DNA from: Phycisphaerales bacterium
GTDB lineage: Bacteria > Planctomycetota > Phycisphaerae > Phycisphaerales > UBA1924
Assembly: GCA_040221175.1 (NCBI GenBank)
Contig: JAVJVK010000004.1
Span: 416,268 to 480,267 of the forward strand
DNA: 64,000 nt
Reading direction: 5' to 3'
Shown: positions 1 to 9,221 of the stretch, one piece after another
Position numbering within the stretch: the first letter of the stretch is position 1
Layout of the letters: each line of letters starts with the position of its first letter
The notes under the pieces: generated by a model
What the model was told of the DNA's origin: nothing
The model's input: the letters and a program-made list of their open reading frames with translations, nothing else
Database searches by the model: none
Position numbers and translations under genes: made by a program

Positions 1-211
1 CGTCGATAGCGAGGGTCGAGCGGCCGGTTCCGAACACAGCCAAAACAGGACTGTCTGAGATTGCCACGCACCCTGCGACGGGTCGCTAGACCCAGCGCAT
101 CGAACGCTGTAGTCTGTACCTGTCAGGCACCTGCTGTCGCATGGACTGCGGGCCGGCCTGAGGGTTCTCGCATACCGGGGCCTCGTGTCCTTCTTCAATC
201 AGGAGAGCAGC

Positions 212-3200
212 ATGCCAGCGTTCGACCACTCGGGAAGGTGCCGCGTTTCGGCGGCGTTGGCGATGGCGCTTGCAGCCGGGACCGCCTCGCTCCAGATGGC
301 TTGTGCGAGCGACACGGCCGTTGCGGGCGAGCCGGCCACCGTGATGCGCAGCGTGGCCGATGACACCCGCGGGACGGCAACATCGGCGGCATGGATGGCC
401 GAGCAGGCGCAAGTTGGATATCCACGGATGCCCAGCCTCAGCCCCGATGGATCGACCATCGTCTTTTCGTGGGCGGGCGACCTCTGGGCCGTCGCTCGCG
501 ATGGCGGCATTGCGTCCCGCCTGACGACGCATCCGGCCGACGAATCGCGGAGCGCGTTCAGTCCCGATGGCTCGACGCTGGTGTTCGAGTCCGAGCGTGA
601 TGGCAGCCGGAACCTGTACGCCATGCCGATCTCGATCGAAGATGGGCGTGTGGTTGGCGGGGCCGTGCGGCGACTGACGCTGAGCGATCGCTCGCTGACG
701 CTGTCGGGCTTTGCCGCCGACGGGCAGTCGGTGCTGGTGCATGCGAACCTGAAGCCCAGCATGTATCGCGGCGTGAACATGTGGACCGTGCCGCTGGACG
801 GCGGGCCGATCGAGATGTTAACCGAGGCGTTCGGCCTCATGCCCCGCATGTCGGCCGATGGCTCCACAGTCACGTTTACCCGGCAGCGCGACCTGTACGA
901 CAGGCCGGCGTATCAGGGGCCGGCCGCCGGCGACGTCTGGTCGATGGACACCGGAACGGGTCGGTTCACGCGATTGACGACCTACGACGGGAACGACGCC
1001 GATGGCTTCGTGCTGCCTGATGGCTCGGTCGTATATACCTCGGGAAGGCACGGCCAGAACAACCTGTGGCGTATCCCCGCCGGGCAGACCGATGCGGTCG
1101 GCCCCACGCGGCTGACGAACTTCGCGCCCGAGGAGGGCGAACACACGATTGCGCACGGCGTGCTCGACCTAAACGTGTCGCGCGATGGTTCGACCGCCGC
1201 GTTCCTCGTGTGGGACAGGCTCTACACGCTGGACCTGACCCAGCGCGGCGCCGAGCCTCGGGCCGTGGACGTCTACGCGTCGGGCGATTCGAAGACGCTG
1301 GACACGCGGCTTGAAACGCTCGATCGCCAGGTAAGCGAGGCCGCGCTCAGCCCCGATGGTAAGACGCTGGCGGTCGTGGCCCGCGGCGAAGTGTTCATCC
1401 GCAATACCGAGGATGATCGCCCCACTCGTCGCGTGACGTTCACCAGCGGTCGCGAGCAGGACATTGCCTGGAGCCCGGACAACCAGTACCTGTACTTCTC
1501 GAGCGATGAAGACGGCGAGTTTGCGATCTATCGCGCGACCGTTAGCCTCTCACGCGATGACCTGAAGCCCGAGGAAGCCGCGACCGAAGAGGACGCTGCT
1601 GCAGAGGAGGATGTGCCGGACACCACCGACGACGGCGAGGGCGAGTCGGCGGATGAGGGCGACCAAGGCGAGCAGGGTGACTCGGGCGATGCTCAGGAAG
1701 CAGCCGAGAGCGACGAGAAGGAAGAGGACAAGAAGAAGGACAAGGTCGACCATGGCAAGCGGTGGTCCGAGGCCCTGCGCTTCGAGATCGAGCCGTTCAT
1801 CGACGGCGATGAGCGGACCGTCCGCCCGATGCCCTCGCCCGACGGCTACCGCCTGCTGTACCTCCGCGAGCGGGGCGACCTGTGGCATCGCGATCTGGCG
1901 ACGGGTCAGGACACGCTGGTGTTCGAGAGTTGGAACGAGCCCGACGTGCAGTGGGCCTCCGACAGCCGGCACATCGTCTACGAGGTGGCCGACTTGGACT
2001 TCAACGCCGACGTCTGGCTGCTGGACCTGGACAACGAGGACGGCGAGCCGGTGAATATCACGCGGCATCCGGACATCGATACGTCCCCGCGGCTGAGCCA
2101 CGACGGGAAGATGCTCGTGTTCCTGAGCGATCGGGCGGGCAACAACTGGTCGTACGACGTGTACGGCGTGCTGCTCGATCGTTCGCTCGAAGGCAAGACC
2201 GACTACGAGCTCGCCGAGTACTTCAAGGAAGCCGCCAAGGCCGTCAGCAAGGCCGGTGCGATCGATTCGCCCGACCTGGGCGAACCGCCGGCCGATCGCG
2301 AGGCGCTCGAGTTTGACACCGAAGATGCCTGGAAGCGCGTGCGTCGGCTGACCAGCGTGGACGGGGCGAGCGATCTGGCCCTGACCCCCGGCGGCGACCG
2401 CGTGCTGTTCAGCACGAGCATCGACGGCAGCACCAGCCTGTACTCGGTCGACTACCGCGGCCGCGACCGCAAGACGGTGCAGAGCGGTGGTGTGTCGCAG
2501 GTCCGGGTGACGCCAGATGGCTCCAAGGCCCTGTTCATTCGGGGCGGGCAGGCTTCGACGGCCCGACCCTCTGGCGGCGGTGGTAACACGCTTGGCATCA
2601 ACGCGACGGTTCGAATCGACGTTGCGGCCGAGCAGGCGCAGAAATTCCGCGACGCGGCCAACATGCTGGGCCGCGAGTTCTACCACCCCACCATGAAGGG
2701 GCTGGACTGGGACGCCCTGACCGAGCGATACCTGGAACTGGCCCGCGTGACGCGCACGCCCGACGAGTTCTACCAGGTCGCGAGGCTGATGATGGGCGAA
2801 TTGAACGGCTCGCACCTGGGCATCTGGGGCGGAACGCAGCTTTACGACGCCCCGTCGATCCGCACGGGGTATCTGGGCATCGACGCCAAGCCGGTCGATG
2901 GCGGGTACGAGGTGACGCACGTGTTGCCCGAGGGTCCGGCATGGCGCGACACCAGCCGCCTGCACGTGGGCGACGTCATCACCGCCATCAACGGAACGCC
3001 GTTGGCGCCCGAGGGCGGCATGCCCGTGATGGATCTCGGCGAAGCCATGGCGGGAACGGCCGGCGAGGAGACGCTTCTGGACGTTCGGCCGGTGGATCCA
3101 GCGTCGTCGGGCTACGTGCTGATCGTCCCGACGTCTTCGGGCGGCGACAGCAACCTGCGATACGAGGACGGCGTTCGCCAGCGGCGCGCGAAGGTCGAGG

Positions 3201-3793
3201 AATTGTCCGGCGGACGCGTCGGGTACCTGCACATCCGTGGCATGAACGAGCCCTCGCTGCGGGACTTCGAGCGTGACCTGTACGCCGCCGCAAATGGCAA
3301 GGACGGCTTGCTCATCGACGTGCGTGACAACGGCGGTGGATGGACGACCGACATCCTGCTCAGTTCCCTGACCGCGCCGCGGCATGCATACACCGTGCCG
3401 CGCGGCGCCAACCCCGGCGAGGTGCCCGAAGACGCCTATCCGCGTGACCGCCGGCTGATCTATGGCTATTCGCGCCCGATCGCGGTCTTGTGCAACGAGA
3501 ACTCGTACTCGAACGCCGAGATCTTCTCGCACGCCATCAAGACGACCGGTCGCGGGCCGCTCGTGGGCCAGCAGACCTATGGCGCGGTCATCTCAACCGG
3601 GTCGTACCGGCTCATCGACGGCACGACCGTTCGCCGGCCGTTCCGCGGGTGGTACCTGCCCGACGGTACCGACATGGAGAACAACGGGGCCATGCCGGAC
3701 GTGGTGGTGGAGGTGAAGCCGGGCGACGAGGTCGCGGGCGTCGATCCCCAGTTGGAGGCCGCGGTGCGGGCGGTGATGGAAGACATTAACTAG
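212..3793 (+). CDS. Secreted tricorn-like S41 serine protease with PD40/TolB-type beta-propeller repeats and a PDZ-like region
   Basis: Track ORF 185..3793. PD40-type 'SPDG(S/K)x(I/L/V)(V/A)F' motifs recur through the N-terminal two thirds. The C-terminus has an S41-like block '...VLCNENSYSNAEIFSHAIKTTGRGPLVGQQTYG'. I moved the start to ATG 212 because AGGAGA lies at 201-206. The N-terminus is hydrophobic and signal-like (ALAMALAAGTASLQMACA). Confidence 0.8.
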   Translation: MPAFDHSGRCRVSAALAMALAAGTASLQMACASDTAVAGEPATVMRSVADDTRGTATSAAWMAEQAQVGYPRMPSLSPDGSTIVFSWAGDLWAVARDGGIASRLTTHPADESRSAFSPDGSTLVFESERDGSRNLYAMPISIEDGRVVGGAVRRLTLSDRSLTLSGFAADGQSVLVHANLKPSMYRGVNMWTVPLDGGPIEMLTEAFGLMPRMSADGSTVTFTRQRDLYDRPAYQGPAAGDVWSMDTGTGRFTRLTTYDGNDADGFVLPDGSVVYTSGRHGQNNLWRIPAGQTDAVGPTRLTNFAPEEGEHTIAHGVLDLNVSRDGSTAAFLVWDRLYTLDLTQRGAEPRAVDVYASGDSKTLDTRLETLDRQVSEAALSPDGKTLAVVARGEVFIRNTEDDRPTRRVTFTSGREQDIAWSPDNQYLYFSSDEDGEFAIYRATVSLSRDDLKPEEAATEEDAAAEEDVPDTTDDGEGESADEGDQGEQGDSGDAQEAAESDEKEEDKKKDKVDHGKRWSEALRFEIEPFIDGDERTVRPMPSPDGYRLLYLRERGDLWHRDLATGQDTLVFESWNEPDVQWASDSRHIVYEVADLDFNADVWLLDLDNEDGEPVNITRHPDIDTSPRLSHDGKMLVFLSDRAGNNWSYDVYGVLLDRSLEGKTDYELAEYFKEAAKAVSKAGAIDSPDLGEPPADREALEFDTEDAWKRVRRLTSVDGASDLALTPGGDRVLFSTSIDGSTSLYSVDYRGRDRKTVQSGGVSQVRVTPDGSKALFIRGGQASTARPSGGGGNTLGINATVRIDVAAEQAQKFRDAANMLGREFYHPTMKGLDWDALTERYLELARVTRTPDEFYQVARLMMGELNGSHLGIWGGTQLYDAPSIRTGYLGIDAKPVDGGYEVTHVLPEGPAWRDTSRLHVGDVITAINGTPLAPEGGMPVMDLGEAMAGTAGEETLLDVRPVDPASSGYVLIVPTSSGGDSNLRYEDGVRQRRAKVEELSGGRVGYLHIRGMNEPSLRDFERDLYAAANGKDGLLIDVRDNGGGWTTDILLSSLTAPRHAYTVPRGANPGEVPEDAYPRDRRLIYGYSRPIAVLCNENSYSNAEIFSHAIKTTGRGPLVGQQTYGAVISTGSYRLIDGTTVRRPFRGWYLPDGTDMENNGAMPDVVVEVKPGDEVAGVDPQLEAAVRAVMEDIN

Positions 3794-3842
3794 GTCCGAC
3801 TCGACTTATCCGCCCCAGGGGGCTTACCCAATCCGCGCAATC

Positions 3843-3870
3843 GGACGCCTGCCGGGCGTCCTTTTTCTTT
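3843..3870 (+). terminator. Intrinsic terminator after the tricorn-like protease gene
   Basis: GGACGCC (3843-3849) pairs with GGCGTCC (3855-3861) around the loop TGCCG. The run TTTTTCTTT (3862-3870) follows directly. Confidence 0.6.
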
Positions 3871-3923
3871 GGGATCCAAGAGCACTGCTCGCGTGCCGAT
3901 AGCCGAGACGAGGAGTCTCGCGC

Positions 3924-4628
3924 ATGGCAGGAGAATCGACTATCGTCCGGTCCGCGGTAGGCGTGTGGTTGCTCGCGGTGCTGGGCGCCGCGGCCACGGC
4001 GCACTGGGTGCTGCCAGACGACCCCCAGGCGGGGCTGTTTGCCCTGGGCCTGTTGTGCATGGCATACACGCTGGCGGCGTTCGGGCTGTCCCGGCGCCAG
4101 GCCGGGCTGACGGCTTTGCTGCCCCTGGCCTGGCTGGCCGGGTTTGGCATGTGGCTGCCCATCGGCCAGGACTTTGGAGCCCAGACGCTCGCCCCCAGCC
4201 TGGGCGACTGGGGCGTGCCATCGGCGATGGTCGAATCGGCGGCGTATGCGCTCGTACTCCTGGCCGGCGGCGTGGCGACAAGCGCCATGCTGTACCTGGG
4301 TACCGGCTCGGCCTCGGTGTTCTGGCACGTGCTGCTGCTCACCGGGCTGGTCGCCGGCGCTTCGCTCTCGCATCAAGACACGCCCACCACAACTTTCGCT
4401 GCCGTCATCGCCTGGCACGCCGGTGCCGCAGGCTCGCTCATGCGATGGGCATCGCACACGTCCTGGGCCGTACGTCAGGGCGTCTGCGCGCGTTGTGGCG
4501 AAGACGTTCGTGGTGTCAATGGACGGTCCTGTCCGAGTTGTAAGGCCGCACTGCTGTTCATGCCCCCGCCAAGGCTGGCGGCGCCGGGCACCGGGCCCCA
4601 TCAACGCCACGATGACCGAGCGGCCTAG
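3924..4628 (+). CDS. Hypothetical polytopic membrane protein with a C-terminal CxxC...CxxC zinc-ribbon-like motif
   Basis: 234-aa ORF with several hydrophobic segments (VGVWLLAVLGAAA, LFALGLLCMAYTLAAFGL, LLPLAWLAGFGMWLPI, AYALVLLAGGVA, VLLLTGLVAGA). These are followed by 'CARCGEDVRGVNGRSCPSC'. No family recognised. Confidence 0.5.
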   Translation: MAGESTIVRSAVGVWLLAVLGAAATAHWVLPDDPQAGLFALGLLCMAYTLAAFGLSRRQAGLTALLPLAWLAGFGMWLPIGQDFGAQTLAPSLGDWGVPSAMVESAAYALVLLAGGVATSAMLYLGTGSASVFWHVLLLTGLVAGASLSHQDTPTTTFAAVIAWHAGAAGSLMRWASHTSWAVRQGVCARCGEDVRGVNGRSCPSCKAALLFMPPPRLAAPGTGPHQRHDDRAA

Positions 4629-5182
4629 GCCGATTCGCGATCCGGCAGATAAGGCAGCGGCGTGACCGGGCCGTCTCCCAGGTACGGTGCCAGTTCGACC
4701 GGCAAGGCCTTCAGGCCCCGCCGGCGTGCCTTGCTGACCGCATATCGAAGCGCAGCATCGACGCGCTCATGCACCCGGGGCGTGATGCTGAGCCCATGGG
4801 CGTGCATCTGTTGCAGCGAGAACAGCCACGCGTGGTACTCTTCCAGGCACCGCGGCTTGTAGACGCCAAGGCCGATGGCATGGTGGCCCACTTCGTGCAG
4901 AAAGACTGCCGCCGAGATCGGGCCGCGCGGACGCGGGCTCTCGATGAGGCGCGAGACCGAGCCGTCGGCGTAGTGCACCTCCCACGCCACGCCGCTCGTG
5001 CTGCTGCGCCACTTGCGGACGCGGATGTCGTAGCGGGCGAGCATCTGGCGAGCCACGGCCTCGTAGCGGTCGGCCGCGGGCGAGGAACGCTTGCGCGGCG
5101 GCGCGGCCACGGCGGCAGGCCGCATGACTTGCGACGCAGGCGCTGGCTTCCTGCGAGGGATCAGGTCCCAGAGCGTGCGCAT
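4625..5182 (-). CDS. Hypothetical protein with an HExxH zinc-metallopeptidase-like motif
   Basis: 185-aa ORF containing 'VFLHEVGHHAIGLG'. It lies immediately downstream of def-fmt on the same strand. Its first 22 nt overlap the fmt 3' end, so the true start may be the internal Met at 5125. Confidence 0.45.
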   Translation of the reverse strand: MRTLWDLIPRRKPAPASQVMRPAAVAAPPRKRSSPAADRYEAVARQMLARYDIRVRKWRSSTSGVAWEVHYADGSVSRLIESPRPRGPISAAVFLHEVGHHAIGLGVYKPRCLEEYHAWLFSLQQMHAHGLSITPRVHERVDAALRYAVSKARRRGLKALPVELAPYLGDGPVTPLPYLPDRESA

Positions 5183-6114
5183 GGCTGACGCTCCGGGGTT
5201 GCGACCTCGCCCTCCGCCAGCGAGCGGCCATTAGCGAAGGCGACAAAGCCCATGGGCTTCTTGCCCGCCGGCTGCACGGTGATCAGCCGCAGGGCCGTCC
5301 CGTGGCCGCAGGCAATCAGGCCCGCGGCATCGATGAGCGTGCCGGGCGTGGCGTCGTGATCGTATTGCTCGGCCGCCACGCGCAGCAGCTTCAGCGTGGC
5401 GCCGCCCAGGTGGATGCTCACGCCCGGCCACGGGGTCAGGCCGTGCACGCGATTCCGGCAGGCTTGGGCCGAGTCGGTGAAGTCGATCCATCCGTCAGTC
5501 TTGCTGAGCTTGGGGGCGAACGTCACCTTGTCGGCATCCTGCTCGATCGGCTCGAGCGTACCGGCTTGATATCGATCGAGCACCTCGGCCACCAACTCGA
5601 CGCCGTCGTCGGCCAGCACGTCGTGCAACTCACCGATGGTCAGGCTCGGGTCGAGCGGGCGGGCGGCCTGGCCCACCACGAACCCGGCGTCCATCTCGTC
5701 GGCCAGGGTGATGACGCTGACGCCGGTGGTCTCGTCGCCGGCGAGGATGGCGGCGTTGATCGGAGCCGCGCCCCGCCAGCGCGGCAGCAGCGAGGCGTGC
5801 AGGTTGACCGCGAACTTGTCGGCGAGCAGCTTCTGGCCCAGCTTCTGACCAAAGGCGATGACGACCCATGCGCCGGCATCCAAAGCCCGGACGTGGTCGC
5901 GCACGTCCGGAGCATTGACCTTCTCGGGCTTGAGCACCCGGACGCCGGGCAGCAGCGACTCGGCCTCGGTGGCGATGGGCGTGGGGCTGAGCGACTTGCC
6001 CCGGCCGGCGGGACGATCGGGCTGCGTCACGATGGCGGCGACCTCGTGGCGATTTGCAAGCATTCGCAACGTCGGAATGCCGAACGCCCCGGATCCAAAG
6101 AACACGACCTTCAT
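5161..6114 (-). CDS. fmt: Methionyl-tRNA formyltransferase
   Basis: N-terminus 'MKVVFFGSGAFGIPTLRMLANRHEVAAIVTQPDRPAGRGK', plus 'NLHASLLPRWRGAAPIN' (the formyltransferase SLLP motif). It sits directly downstream of def, which is the classic def-fmt order. Confidence 0.9.
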   Translation of the reverse strand: MKVVFFGSGAFGIPTLRMLANRHEVAAIVTQPDRPAGRGKSLSPTPIATEAESLLPGVRVLKPEKVNAPDVRDHVRALDAGAWVVIAFGQKLGQKLLADKFAVNLHASLLPRWRGAAPINAAILAGDETTGVSVITLADEMDAGFVVGQAARPLDPSLTIGELHDVLADDGVELVAEVLDRYQAGTLEPIEQDADKVTFAPKLSKTDGWIDFTDSAQACRNRVHGLTPWPGVSIHLGGATLKLLRVAAEQYDHDATPGTLIDAAGLIACGHGTALRLITVQPAGKKPMGFVAFANGRSLAEGEVATPERQPCARSGT

Positions 6115-6144
6115 GCCGACGGGCCTCCTTGCCCTTGTTGGGAC

Positions 6145-6732
6145 TCAGCGGGCCTTGCGTTCGAGCTTGCGGAGGGCCGAACGGGTTCGCAGGCGGTCGA
6201 GTTGACCGAACTTGTCGATGATCAGGATGCCGTCAAGGTGGTCGGTCTCGTGCTGGATGCAACGGGCCAGCAGGCCCACGGCCTGGACCTCGAAGCGCTG
6301 GCCGTCAAGGCCGGTGGCTTCCATCACGACGGCGTGCTGGCGGTTGACCTGGCCTCGGATGTCGGGCAGGCTGAGGCAGCCCTCTTCGACCGATTCGAGA
6401 TCACCCACGGGCTTGAGTTCGGGGTCAATGCAGACCCAGGGCTGGCCGCCGGTGTGCTCCTGGATGTGCTCGGGCAGGGGGCTTGCCTTGGGATCCGCCG
6501 GGATGGCGCACACGAACATCCGCCAGGGCAGACCGACCTGCGGTGCGGCCAGGCCGATGCCCTCTTCCTGACGCATGATCTCGAGCATGCGCTGCGCGAC
6601 TTCGCGGACGTTGTCGGTCACCTCGCCCACGGGCTGGGCCTTGGCTCGCAATACGCGGTCGGGGTGGAAGCGCAGGTGCAGGCTCTGGGCGTCGGCAACG
6701 GTCGGGCTGGTGCTCTGGGCGTGCTGGGGCAT
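6145..6732 (-). CDS. def: Peptide deformylase
   Basis: Carries the three deformylase motifs: 'GIGLAAPQVG', 'EGCLSLPD' and 'HETDHLDG'. Confidence 0.9.
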   Translation of the reverse strand: MPQHAQSTSPTVADAQSLHLRFHPDRVLRAKAQPVGEVTDNVREVAQRMLEIMRQEEGIGLAAPQVGLPWRMFVCAIPADPKASPLPEHIQEHTGGQPWVCIDPELKPVGDLESVEEGCLSLPDIRGQVNRQHAVVMEATGLDGQRFEVQAVGLLARCIQHETDHLDGILIIDKFGQLDRLRTRSALRKLERKAR

Positions 6733-6834
6733 CGTGGAGATGATATTGTGCGGCCCGGGGGAAGGCGGGGGCGGCCCTAGAATCGGGGCCGCGGCAGGCT
6801 CGGGGCGGACTTCTCACCAGACGGGAGCAGGATT

Positions 6835-8379
6835 TTGGCGATCTTCGGCGGCAAGAAGAAGAAGGACGACACGGGTTCTCCCCAAGCCAACGGCGAGGAC
6901 GTCACCGATTCCAAGGCGGCCAGCGGCGGCAAGGGCTCCGACGACGGAGGCAAGGGTGCCGAGCCAGGCCCGACCTTCAACCCCGAGGGCGCCGAACGAT
7001 TCTTCGAACATGCCCGCACCGCCCATGAGACGACCAACTACGAATACGCCATGAACCTCTGGCTCAGCGGCCTGAGGCTCGACGCGAGCAACATGACCGC
7101 CATGGAGGGCTTCTTCCGTTCGGCCTCGGCGTTTGCGTCGGCCAACCCCAAGAAGAAGCCGAAGGTGGATGTTCCCACCAAGACGCCGGTGGACAAGTTC
7201 CTGGCCGCGCTCTTGAACTGGGCCACTCGGCTGAGCGATGGCGACGCGGCCATGCGGGCTGGCGAAGCGGGCGCCAACGCGGGGCTCGACGAACAGGCCT
7301 ACTGGTGCCTGGAGCGCTCGATGACGCTTGCCAAGCAGGCCAAGCGCCCCAGCCCGCTGACGTTTAAGCGGCTGATGCAGCAGTTTGCGAAGGTCGGCGC
7401 GTATACCGAGGCGGTCGAGGCGGGCAACATTGCCGTCCAGCTTAACCCCGCCGACAGCGATCTGGCCAACGCCGTCAAGAACTTCTCGGCCCAGGCGACC
7501 ATGAGCCGCGGCGGCTACGACAGCGTGGGCGAGGAGGGCGGCTTCCGCAAGAACATCCGCGACGCGGCCAAGCAGCAGCGGCTCCAGGACGAGGAAGTCC
7601 TATCGAAGGACGAGGGGACCATCGAGCGCCTGATCGAACGGGCCCGGGCCGATCTCGAAGATCGTCCCGAAGACCCGCCCACCATGACGGCCCTTGCCAA
7701 GCGCCTGATCGAGCGTGGTACGCCCAAGGACGAGAAGGAGGCGTACGAGCTCTACAAGAGGGCGTACCAGCAGACGAAGGAGTTTCGCTTCCGCCAGGCC
7801 GCCGACGATATCAAGATGAAGGCGTGGCGCCGCCGGCTGATGGCGCTGGAGAAGAAGGCCAAGGACAATCCGGACGATCAGGCCGTCCAGCAGGAACTCG
7901 AGAGCGCCCGCAAGGACGTGCTCGAGGCCGAGACCAAGGTGTACGCCGCCCGGGCCGAGGCGTACCCGACGGACAACATGATCAAGTACGAGTTGGGCCG
8001 ACGCTACTTCGATCAGGGCATGTACGACGATGCCATCGCGAACCTGCAGCAGGCCCAGGGCGAGCCCAAGCTTCGCGTGCGGACGCTTCACATGCTGGCG
8101 CAGTCGTTCCTCGCCATGGGCTGGGGCGACGAAGCGGTCACGACCTTCCGCCAGGCGCTCGAGGCCCACGGCCGGGACGGCGACGAGACCGGCATGGAGA
8201 TCAACTACGGACTGATGGATGCCCTGCTGACCAAGGCCACCGACCACCGCGACCTGGAGGCCGCTGTCGAGGCCGACAAGATTGCTTCGAGCATCGCCAT
8301 TAAGGACATCTCGTTCAAGGGAATCCGCCAGAAGCGAGACGCGATCAAGAAGCTGCTGGTCGAGCTTCGGCAGGGCTAG
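6835..8379 (+). CDS. TPR-repeat protein (function unknown)
   Basis: 514-aa ORF with a TTG start and a GGGAGCAGG upstream. The N-terminus is Lys/Gly-rich. Helical repeats with TPR-like A/Y/L spacing follow (e.g. 'YELGRRYFDQGMYDDAIANLQQAQ', 'MLAQSFLAMGWGDEAVTTFRQALEA'). Confidence 0.6.
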   Translation: MAIFGGKKKKDDTGSPQANGEDVTDSKAASGGKGSDDGGKGAEPGPTFNPEGAERFFEHARTAHETTNYEYAMNLWLSGLRLDASNMTAMEGFFRSASAFASANPKKKPKVDVPTKTPVDKFLAALLNWATRLSDGDAAMRAGEAGANAGLDEQAYWCLERSMTLAKQAKRPSPLTFKRLMQQFAKVGAYTEAVEAGNIAVQLNPADSDLANAVKNFSAQATMSRGGYDSVGEEGGFRKNIRDAAKQQRLQDEEVLSKDEGTIERLIERARADLEDRPEDPPTMTALAKRLIERGTPKDEKEAYELYKRAYQQTKEFRFRQAADDIKMKAWRRRLMALEKKAKDNPDDQAVQQELESARKDVLEAETKVYAARAEAYPTDNMIKYELGRRYFDQGMYDDAIANLQQAQGEPKLRVRTLHMLAQSFLAMGWGDEAVTTFRQALEAHGRDGDETGMEINYGLMDALLTKATDHRDLEAAVEADKIASSIAIKDISFKGIRQKRDAIKKLLVELRQG

Positions 8380-8384
8380 GTCGC

Positions 8385-9191
8385 TTGGCCGGGCCAAACG
8401 CCATCGCGATCATCCCCGCCCGCATGGGCTCGACACGCTTCCCGGGCAAGGCACTGGCCAGTGAGACCGGCAAGCCCATGGTCGTGCACGTCTGCGAGCG
8501 GGCCAGGATGGCACAGTCCGTCGCCAATGTCGTCGTCGCAACCGACAGCCAGGAGATCCGCAAAGCCGTCGAGGCCCATGGCTTCGACGCGGTGATGACC
8601 AGCGCCGAGCACCCCAACGGCACGAGCCGGCTGGCCGAGGCGACAAAGACGATGGGCCTGGACAGCCACCAGGCGATCGTGAACGTGCAGGGGGATGAGC
8701 CGGAGATCGAGCCGGGGATCATCGATGCGGCGTTGATGGCAATGGAGCAGGACGTTCGCGGGGCAACGCCGATGAGGGTCGTTCTGCGGGTACCCAAGCT
8801 GGGAACCGTGGCGACACCCATTCGCCGGGCCGAGGAAGTGACAAGCCCGAATGTTGTGAAGGCGGTGCTGGGGCTGATCGAGCCCGACGCGGGCGTGGGA
8901 CGGGCGTTATATTTTTCTCGGGCTCCGATTCCCTTTGATCGAGACGCGAGCCACGCCGCGATGCCGCTGCGACACGTGGGCATCTATGCGTATGACGTGT
9001 TCTCGCTCCACACGTACGTCGGCCTGCCTCCCACTCCGCTGGAAACGAGCGAGCAGCTCGAACAACTCCGCTGGCTCGAGCACGGACTGCCTATCGCCGT
9101 GGCGATCCGGCAGGCCATGCACCAGGGCATCGACACGCCCGAACAGTACGAGGCGTTCGTGGAGCGCTTTCGGGCCGGGGCGGGCGGATGA
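8385..9191 (+). CDS. kdsB: 3-deoxy-manno-octulosonate cytidylyltransferase (CMP-KDO synthetase)
   Basis: 'AIIPARMGSTRFPGKALA', 'ATDSQEI', 'MTSAEHPNGTSRLAEA' and 'VNVQGDEPEIEPGIID' are typical KdsB blocks. Confidence 0.85.
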   Translation: MAGPNAIAIIPARMGSTRFPGKALASETGKPMVVHVCERARMAQSVANVVVATDSQEIRKAVEAHGFDAVMTSAEHPNGTSRLAEATKTMGLDSHQAIVNVQGDEPEIEPGIIDAALMAMEQDVRGATPMRVVLRVPKLGTVATPIRRAEEVTSPNVVKAVLGLIEPDAGVGRALYFSRAPIPFDRDASHAAMPLRHVGIYAYDVFSLHTYVGLPPTPLETSEQLEQLRWLEHGLPIAVAIRQAMHQGIDTPEQYEAFVERFRAGAGG

Positions 9192-9221
9192 CGACCGCGG
9201 CCGGGTTGGCTATCCTCTCTG

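Noticed and set aside
1550-3532. 660-aa minus-strand ORF inside the tricorn-like protease gene
   Set aside because: It is antisense to a gene with clear family motifs. The translation is Arg/Ala/Gly/Val-rich with no motifs. This is a typical long spurious ORF of GC-rich DNA.
4413-4428. TGGCACGCCGGTGCCG inside the membrane-protein gene 3924..4628
   Set aside because: The GG-to-GC spacing is one nucleotide short of the sigma-54 consensus, the site is deep in a coding region, and the next gene downstream is convergent, so there is nothing to transcribe.
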